Virus record (IMG/VR): IMGVR_UViG_3300031992_000028
Source: a virus
Lineage: Duplodnaviria; Caudoviricetes
Strand: one strand, 5' to 3'
DNA: 64,000 bases
The translations under genes were made by a program, and so were the position numbers. Below the pieces are notes generated by a model that was given only the letters and a program-made list of their open reading frames with translations, was not told the DNA's origin and did no database searches. Within the stretch, counting starts at the first letter, position 1. Each line of letters begins with the position of its first letter. This document shows, one piece after another, positions 57,787 through 64,000 of this stretch.

Positions 57787-58347
57787 ATGAAATTTTATAC
57801 AAGCGACTTACATTTAGACCATGCTAATATGCTTAAATTTGAACCTGAAAGCAGACCATTTAATAATGTTGATGAAATGAATAGAGCTTTAATTCAATAT
57901 TGGAATGAAAAGGTCGGAGTTGACGATGAGGTTTATATTTTAGGAGATTTTTGTTTTGATAATCAAGGACGTAGAGCTACTGAATTTTTAAAACAATTAA
58001 ATGGCAAGAAATATTTAATTAAAGGAAATCATGATGGATTTATTTATAAATCACAATTTGATAAAAGTCAATTTGAATGGATTAAGGATTATGCAGCTAT
58101 TAAAGATGAAGTTAATGGTGAAGAAGTAACAGTTTGTTTATTTCATTATCCAATAGCTGTTTGGGATAGAAAACATCATCATGCATATCATCTATTTGGG
58201 CATATTCATAGTAACAAATCAGATGGTAGTCATCATGCATTAGAATTTGATTTAGGTGACCACGCATTTAATGTTGGTGTTGATGTTAGAAATCTAGAAC
58301 CGGTTACATTAGAAGAATTGATTAAATCAAGATACAGAGGCTATTAA
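57787..58347 (+). CDS. calcineurin-like metallophosphoesterase
   Basis: SDLHLDH, LGDF, KGNHD, HYP, GHIH, NVGVD. Confidence 0.9.
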   Translation: MKFYTSDLHLDHANMLKFEPESRPFNNVDEMNRALIQYWNEKVGVDDEVYILGDFCFDNQGRRATEFLKQLNGKKYLIKGNHDGFIYKSQFDKSQFEWIKDYAAIKDEVNGEEVTVCLFHYPIAVWDRKHHHAYHLFGHIHSNKSDGSHHALEFDLGDHAFNVGVDVRNLEPVTLEELIKSRYRGY

Positions 58348-58607
58348 TGGAAGACACTACAATAAAACCAGTTGATAATGTGGAGGTCGAACTCCGAGGC
58401 ATTTTAGATAAAATTAATACACTTCAATTAGAGTCTGACCCAAATAGTACAGCAGTATTACCAACAAGTTATAGTAGTGAAACTGCAACATCAACTTCAT
58501 ATAATAATCCACCAATAACAAATCTTGGTTATAATAGAAAAGTTTGTCGTTATGCTAAAAAGCATAAGATAACGGTAGAACAAGCATTTAAAAGACTTTA
58601 TAAATAA
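58347..58607 (+). CDS. hypothetical protein
   Basis: TAATG-coupled ORF. Confidence 0.65.
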   Translation: MEDTTIKPVDNVEVELRGILDKINTLQLESDPNSTAVLPTSYSSETATSTSYNNPPITNLGYNRKVCRYAKKHKITVEQAFKRLYK

Positions 58608-58664
58608 TAAGGTCTTTTTCTTTTTGCTAAATTATGTAAAGAATAAAGTAAAGGAGACAACTAA

Positions 58665-58865
58665 ATGGCAAAGGGAAAAGGCGGCAAGAAAGTTAGCGCT
58701 AGCTCTGGACTTAGAAAAAAACACGGTCCAAAGAAAAGAATGTTCCATAAGTATTCAAAGTGCATTAGAATTGAAATGGCAAAGCTTGGAATGCTTAAAA
58801 AGGACGTAGATTCTGAAGCAAGAGAACAGTCTGAAAGTGCAAAAAATCCAAAAGGAAAAAAATAA
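58665..58865 (+). CDS. small very basic protein
   Basis: AAGGAG SD; TGCTAAATTA at 58625; MAKGKGGKK.. Confidence 0.7.
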   Translation: MAKGKGGKKVSASSGLRKKHGPKKRMFHKYSKCIRIEMAKLGMLKKDVDSEAREQSESAKNPKGKK

Positions 58866-58909
58866 GACAGATTTAATTCTGTCTTTTTTATTTTTTATTG
58901 TATAATATA

Positions 58910-59240
58910 ATGTTCATCAAGAGCATATTGATAACTAGTCGAGTTTATGGGTGCTTTAAGACAATAAAAGATAAGCCGTCCGGTTTATTACTAATTCCTA
59001 TCCTTAAATTGAATTAGCGTAAGGTTACGTCACACCGGGATGACACCGCTGATATACAAGGTCCAGGATGTAATTAACTCTGTGCCGAAATATGCTATAC
59101 TACATACGAGGTAGTTACGAAAGCCCTATTAGATATAGGGGCATCAAAGAAAAAGAGTTTATTAAATGACATTAGCTTAGTTGGGATATACTAAGTAATA
59201 TCGAAAGGAAAAGTCGTATGCTCCGGCTTTCTTTTTTATT
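58910..59240 (+). ncRNA. candidate structured RNA of about 330 nt
   Basis: TTGTATAAT promoter, no ORF; stems CCGGT/ACCGG, CTAATTC/GAATTAG, CCCTAT/ATAGGG, CTTAGT/ACTAAG; T-tailed hairpin end. Confidence 0.6.
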
Positions 59241-59290
59241 TTTTATTTATAAGTAACGTTTTAAGTTGTATAATATATTGAGGTATATTT

Positions 59291-60394
59291 ATGACAGATT
59301 ACCAAAACGTTAAGATTGCAAATGAAATAATTATTGTTGAAAAACCCACACCATATCGTAGCTGGGTTTATTGGCGCAAAGTCAAAGGTCAAGGCTTACA
59401 TCAGGGCTATGTAGTTGATGCTGGAAATAAGAAAAGCTTAGAAACTGCGATGAAGTGGGCAGAATGTAGAGAATATGATGAAAATTTAAGACCTACAAAA
59501 GCACCATATAATTGGGATAAATATTATGCATCTGTAATAATTCACTCAGGAGTTGAACATAGATATCAAAACGGTCAATTTGAGATTACTTTGTGTGATT
59601 CAGCGGACGGAAGTAGCCAAGGTGGTAAATTAGCTTTCTGGAACTGCATTATCACTTGTCCAGATGGAAAAGAATTTTTAGTTGGTATCAATGCAGATAT
59701 CTTATTAGAATTATTACTTAAAAATACATTTATTGATGGTAAGTGTCAAAGTAAAGTTTGGCTCGGTAGAATTAAAGGTACGCAAGTCGGCGCTTTTACT
59801 GAAAACATGGAACTTTATGAACAAGCTCAAAAAGATGAAGCAAGTCGTCAAGCTGCAGCTAAAGCAGATAGTAAGTATGTGCCAGGGGATATTGTTAAAA
59901 CTTTAACTGGAAAGGACTTATATTTAGGTGCAGTTTATCAGTATTACAGCTTTGAGCAAGGTTGGAGATACAGTGATAGATATATTGTGGTATATAAGAA
60001 ACCAAAATTAGTTCATGTTTATCGATCTTATTATGAAAGTTGGCAAACTAAAAAAGAAGAATTATCCGAGTATTTTGAAGCTAAGAATACTAAAGTAAAA
60101 CGTGTTGTAGATAGTCATGCAAATAATTTTACACCAGCGTTAGAATATATTAATAAGTATAACCAAGAATGGCTTAAAAAAGAATTAGAAAAAGATAAAG
60201 ATGGAAAGTCTAGATATGCTTGGGATCCTATTAAGTCATTAAAGCAATATGGCGATAATCCTACATCGGATAGAAATGAAATTATTAAGTATTTAGAAGA
60301 AGAATATGCCAAGCATTGTAAGTGCTGGGCGTATTCAATTCATTCTGAATATAAAATAATAGATGAAGATGAGTGGGAAAAAACTAAAAATTAG
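59291..60394 (+). CDS. hypothetical protein
   Basis: 367-aa ORF with promoter and SD. Confidence 0.75.
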   Translation: MTDYQNVKIANEIIIVEKPTPYRSWVYWRKVKGQGLHQGYVVDAGNKKSLETAMKWAECREYDENLRPTKAPYNWDKYYASVIIHSGVEHRYQNGQFEITLCDSADGSSQGGKLAFWNCIITCPDGKEFLVGINADILLELLLKNTFIDGKCQSKVWLGRIKGTQVGAFTENMELYEQAQKDEASRQAAAKADSKYVPGDIVKTLTGKDLYLGAVYQYYSFEQGWRYSDRYIVVYKKPKLVHVYRSYYESWQTKKEELSEYFEAKNTKVKRVVDSHANNFTPALEYINKYNQEWLKKELEKDKDGKSRYAWDPIKSLKQYGDNPTSDRNEIIKYLEEEYAKHCKCWAYSIHSEYKIIDEDEWEKTKN

Positions 60395-60450
60395 GCGTTT
60401 ACAAACGTCTTTTTTTGTTGTATAATATATGTAGTTAAAAGGAGAAATTT

Positions 60451-62715
60451 ATGAGAACTCTATTAATTTTACGCGGAGCCCCTGGATGCGGTAAGTCAAC
60501 ATGGGTTAAAAACAATGGTTTATCCGCCTATACTTTATGTCCAGATGATATTCGTGTTATGTGCGCTTCAAGAGAATTGAAAGCAGATGGTGCTTTTGCT
60601 ATTGCAAGAAATCATGCAGTTGAACAAGAAACCTGGAAAATTATTTTAGACTTACTTGAATATAGAATGTCTCGTGGTGAATTAACAGTTTTAGATGCTA
60701 CAGCTTCAAAAACAAAAGATATTAAACAATATAAAGAATTAGCAGATCAATATAGATATAGAATGTATTGTGTTGATTTTACTGACATTCCTTTAGAAGT
60801 TTGTAAGAAACAAAACTTACAACGTCCAGAAGATAAAATTGTTCCAGAGCAAGGCATTGACAATATTTATGCTCGTTTTGCAACACAACCAGTTCCAGCT
60901 GGCGTCGAAGTTATTAAACCAAATGAATTAGATAAGGTTTTAGAAAAACCAATTGATTTGTCTTCTTATAGAAAAATCGTTTTTATTGGTGATATTCATG
61001 GCTGCTATGATACTTTAATGCAGTATTTTAAAGATGGTTTAGAAGATGATGTTGAATACATTTTTTTAGGAGATTATATTGACCGCGGTAATCAAAACGC
61101 TGAAGTTATGAATTGGTTATATTCTATTAAAGATAGACCAAATGTTTGCTTACTAGAAGGTAATCATGAAAGATGGATTCAAGCTTATGGCATGAACGTT
61201 GAAGCTAAATCAAAAGAATTTGAAGAAAAAACAAAAGGTCAATTAATTTTAGGCGGCTTTGATGAAAAAAAAGCTAGAATTTTCTATCGAAAGCTTCGTC
61301 AAATGTCTCATTTTACTTATAATGGTATTGAAGTTTTAGCAACTCATGGTGGTATTCCATGTATGCGTGCAAATCTTACTTATATTCCTACATGTGCTTT
61401 CATCAATGGTGTTGGTGAATACAATGATTATCAAGATGTTGCGGATACTTGGATGAGAGAAACTAAAGAAAATCAATATCAAGTTCATGGTCATCGTAAT
61501 ACTGCGCAAGACCCAGTTCAATTAGCTGATCGAGTTTTCAACTTAGAAGGTGAAGTTGAATTTGGTGGTAAGTTAAGAATTGTTGAATTAACTTCTGATA
61601 CTTATAATGGTTGGGCTTTTGGCCATCCAGAAGCTGGTTTAGTTACAGGTATTCATTGGAATGTCGTTGAGCTATCTAACTGTCAACCACTTACAGAAGA
61701 TTTTAATGTTGAAAAAGCTCCTGTTGAAACTGTTGAACAAGCAGTCGAATATCTAAGAAATAACCAATTTGTCAAAGAAAAGAAATTAGGTAATGGTATC
61801 TCTTCTTTCAACTTTACAAGAGAGGCCTTCTACTCTGCTAACTGGACTAGACAAACAGTTTTAGCACGTGGATTATTTATCGATACTGATAATAATAAGA
61901 TTATGGCTCGTTCATATGAAAAGTTCTTCCGTATCAATGAAGTCCGTGAAACTGAAATGGTTGCTTTAAAGAATAGGTTGAAATTCCCAGTTAAAGCCTA
62001 TATTAAAGAAAATGGTTTCTTAGGCATTGTTTCTTATAATTATAAAACCGATGATTTATTTATTGCAACTAAGTCATCTGATAAAGGTGATTGCGCGGAA
62101 TATTTTAATAAGATGCTTGAACCTTATAAAGAAAAGTTGCTTAATTTATTTAGAGCTCTTGATAAATCAGAAGACCAAGATACTTATTCATTTGTATTTG
62201 AGTGCGTTGATCAAGAAAATGACCCACACATTATTAAATATAGTAAAAGTGATATTTATTTATTAGATGTAGTGTATAATGACTTAGAATTTAAAACTTT
62301 ACCTTATTGGAGACTAAAAGAACTAGCAGAAGCTATTGGTTGTAAAGTTAAAACTGAGGCTTATACAATTAAAGACTACGATGAGTTCAGAGACCTTGTA
62401 AATAGAGCCGATAATGAAGATTATAAATATAATGGAAATTATATTGAAGGGTTCGTTTTCGTTGACCAGAATGGCTTTATGACTAAATTAAAGACAGGTT
62501 ATTACAATTTCTGGAAGCATATGAGAAGTGTTGCAGATTCAACTTTGAGATGCGGCTCTTATAGAAGAATGGGCTCATTACTTACTGTTCAAGGTAATCA
62601 ATTTGCAGCTTTCTGTAAGGAGTGTTTCAACAAGGATAGAATTAAAGAAACAAAGTCGTACCCTTACAAAACTGATATTATTTCGCTAAGAGAAAAGTTC
62701 TTATTTGGCAAATAA
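60451..62715 (+). CDS. polynucleotide kinase / metallophosphatase / Rnl1-type RNA ligase fusion (Pnkp-like)
   Basis: GAPGCGKST; GDIHG, GDYIDRG, GNHE; ARSYEKFF, KENGFLG, EGFV, KLK. Confidence 0.9.
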   Translation: MRTLLILRGAPGCGKSTWVKNNGLSAYTLCPDDIRVMCASRELKADGAFAIARNHAVEQETWKIILDLLEYRMSRGELTVLDATASKTKDIKQYKELADQYRYRMYCVDFTDIPLEVCKKQNLQRPEDKIVPEQGIDNIYARFATQPVPAGVEVIKPNELDKVLEKPIDLSSYRKIVFIGDIHGCYDTLMQYFKDGLEDDVEYIFLGDYIDRGNQNAEVMNWLYSIKDRPNVCLLEGNHERWIQAYGMNVEAKSKEFEEKTKGQLILGGFDEKKARIFYRKLRQMSHFTYNGIEVLATHGGIPCMRANLTYIPTCAFINGVGEYNDYQDVADTWMRETKENQYQVHGHRNTAQDPVQLADRVFNLEGEVEFGGKLRIVELTSDTYNGWAFGHPEAGLVTGIHWNVVELSNCQPLTEDFNVEKAPVETVEQAVEYLRNNQFVKEKKLGNGISSFNFTREAFYSANWTRQTVLARGLFIDTDNNKIMARSYEKFFRINEVRETEMVALKNRLKFPVKAYIKENGFLGIVSYNYKTDDLFIATKSSDKGDCAEYFNKMLEPYKEKLLNLFRALDKSEDQDTYSFVFECVDQENDPHIIKYSKSDIYLLDVVYNDLEFKTLPYWRLKELAEAIGCKVKTEAYTIKDYDEFRDLVNRADNEDYKYNGNYIEGFVFVDQNGFMTKLKTGYYNFWKHMRSVADSTLRCGSYRRMGSLLTVQGNQFAAFCKECFNKDRIKETKSYPYKTDIISLREKFLFGK

Positions 62716-62798
62716 TAAAAAGTTTAAAAATATTTAAGGGCTGAGAATAAAACTTAGCCCTTTTATTGTATAATATTATGTATTTGGAGGTAGTTTTT

Positions 62799-62999
62799 AT
62801 GTTAGAATTGCAAGAAATCATTCATCAATTAGCAAAGAGAGATGATATTGTCATTCAAGGTGATGTATACAAAGTGGCTAATGCTGTGTATATTACAGAT
62901 GGAGAGATTTTAAAAACAAGACTCTTATTAAAGAGTACAAGTAGTAAAGACCAGGTAGCTATTGATATTGGTATTTCTGCAAAAATTTACAAGCGCTAA
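62799..62999 (+). CDS. hypothetical protein
   Basis: GGAGG SD. Confidence 0.6.
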   Translation: MLELQEIIHQLAKRDDIVIQGDVYKVANAVYITDGEILKTRLLLKSTSSKDQVAIDIGISAKIYKR

Positions 63000-63032
63000 A
63001 TTAACGTAGATAGGAAAGGTTAGTTTAATTTA

Positions 63033-63311
63033 ATGGAATTGTGTCTCGAAGATGAAATGCAAGCTCTTTTGGCTGAAGAGAGCTACTTAGACAACATGAT
63101 TAGTCAGCTATCAGAACTCAAATATAGAAAGGGTTATGATAAATTCTTAAAAGATATTACAAAATTATTAGATGAGTTAAAAGATAGAAAAGAAATGATA
63201 CAAAAAAATATACAAGAACTTACAGATGATATAGTAATGGCTGCTGAAGTATATGCAGGTGATTATTGCGCTAGTACTGATACAGTAGATAACTACATTT
63301 GAGATTATTAA
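63033..63311 (+). CDS. coiled-coil hypothetical protein (code 4)
   Basis: CGCTAAATTA at 62994; TGA63300 read through to TAA. Confidence 0.65.
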
Positions 63312-63334
63312 AAATACATTTGCTAAATTATATA

Positions 63335-63990
63335 AAGATATCGCAGGATAATTGCAATAATGGCTTCCTGCAGAAACTATGCTTATTTCTTAAAACCGCC
63401 GGAGGTCCGCGGCTAATCTGGATCGCCATTCTAAAATATAGCTAGTTCGGATATTGCAGCAAATAGACTATAGATAATATTTAGCCAGAGCGGTACGACT
63501 TGTGGTCAAATCCCAGAGGAGATTAAGGAGACTGGGTGTCTGACGACTAGCTACAAGCAAAATGGCAGAAGCTGTACTTATTTCCAGGTCTCTAGTGATA
63601 TACAACCAAAAGTTGTATAGCACTATAATAACAGTTATGTTAATGGAAATTGGCCGCAACAGTCAGTTCAAATATTGTTTATAGTCTATTTTTATTTTTA
63701 AAAAACTATCGTATAATAATATAGAGCTTGTGCTTATTTCTAAATTACGAATCTTGAAAATCCGCGACATTAGCCAAGCCAAAATAAAAAATTTAAAAAA
63801 AATTATTTACATTTTAAAAAATTTATTGTATAATAATAATGTGAGTGAATGAAACTCACAGTTAGAGCCTATACTTATTTCTCAGAAATATGGTATTCTA
63901 ATTAGTTAGGCCAAATCGTTAATATATTCAAGCAGTTTTTGGAATATTAGGCGAATTGGCAGTCTAATATCTCAAAGGCTGCTTTTTATG
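63335..63990 (+). ncRNA. cluster of structured RNAs sharing a CTTATTTC motif
   Basis: Three promoter-like motifs, four motif copies with flanking stems, long inverted repeat 63461-63482/63670-63691. Confidence 0.6.
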
Positions 63991-64000
63991 TAAAGGAGGT

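Larger units (their letters stand above)
28..63330 (+). promoter_or_regulatory. phage-specific (late-like) promoter motif TGCTAAATTA, dispersed
   Basis: Exact copies at 28, 2766, 6461, 29858, 32428, 37474, 41064, 58625, 63321; variants at 25255, 37539, 62994; intergenic or at gene ends, on the coding strand. Confidence 0.7.
29275..63835 (+). promoter_or_regulatory. -10-only promoter motif (T/C)TGTATAATA (middle-like), dispersed
   Basis: Directly follows terminators at e.g. 31656, 34761, 41716, 44064, 44463, 47356, 54463, 57348, 57514, 58898, 59267, 62766. Confidence 0.7.

Noticed and set aside
2827-63659. Minus-strand and alternate-frame ORFs in the track (e.g. 28217-28624, 38880-39260, 63468-63659)
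   Set aside because: Shadows of + strand genes or RNA regions, without SD, promoter or recognisable motifs.
63461-63691. Complete retron or DGR
   Set aside because: No reverse transcriptase or template/variable repeat pair in the window; only the inverted repeat is reported.
1-64000. tRNA genes, including a UGA-suppressor tRNA
   Set aside because: No cloverleaf with a T-arm signature was found by eye; tRNAscan-SE or ARAGORN is needed to exclude them.
1-64000. Prophage or bacterial chromosome
   Set aside because: No integrase, att site or housekeeping operons; single-strand phage-style organisation throughout.

Overview
AT-rich segment of a large lytic dsDNA bacteriophage, probably infecting a gut anaerobic Firmicutes/Bacilli-type host (inference). 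Nearly all genes lie on the + strand. The supplied ORF track is misleading because TGA is read as Trp (genetic code 4): in-frame TGAs sit at conserved Trp positions of NrdG, a HAD phosphatase and a SNF2 helicase, and readthrough joins many fragments into whole genes. Layout: (1) 54-9374, an expansion of 13 paralogous 'LRIAY' genes plus an RNA ligase and a deoxyribosyltransferase; (2) 9400-12960, an origin/terminus-like repeat region and a SNF2 helicase; (3) 13000-28650, an early module of small, almost TGA-free genes behind sigma70 promoters, including a phage sigma-like factor, a replication-initiator-like gene and ribosomal protein S21, interrupted by non-coding TAGTG/GATC-rich islands; (4) 29300-63300, metabolism, RNA-repair and translation genes (nrdD-FNT-nrdG, MTases, four ETNSSS-motif proteins plus a radical SAM enzyme, deformylase, DNA ligase, CCA enzyme, Pnkp-like); (5) several ORF-free structured RNA candidates. 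Best novel-system candidates: the ETNSSS x4 + radical SAM cluster; promoter-class-linked TGA recoding; a formate channel inside the class III RNR operon; a four-copy covarying RNA motif at the right end; and the TAGTG/GATC islands. All assignments come from reading motifs by eye; no searches were run.
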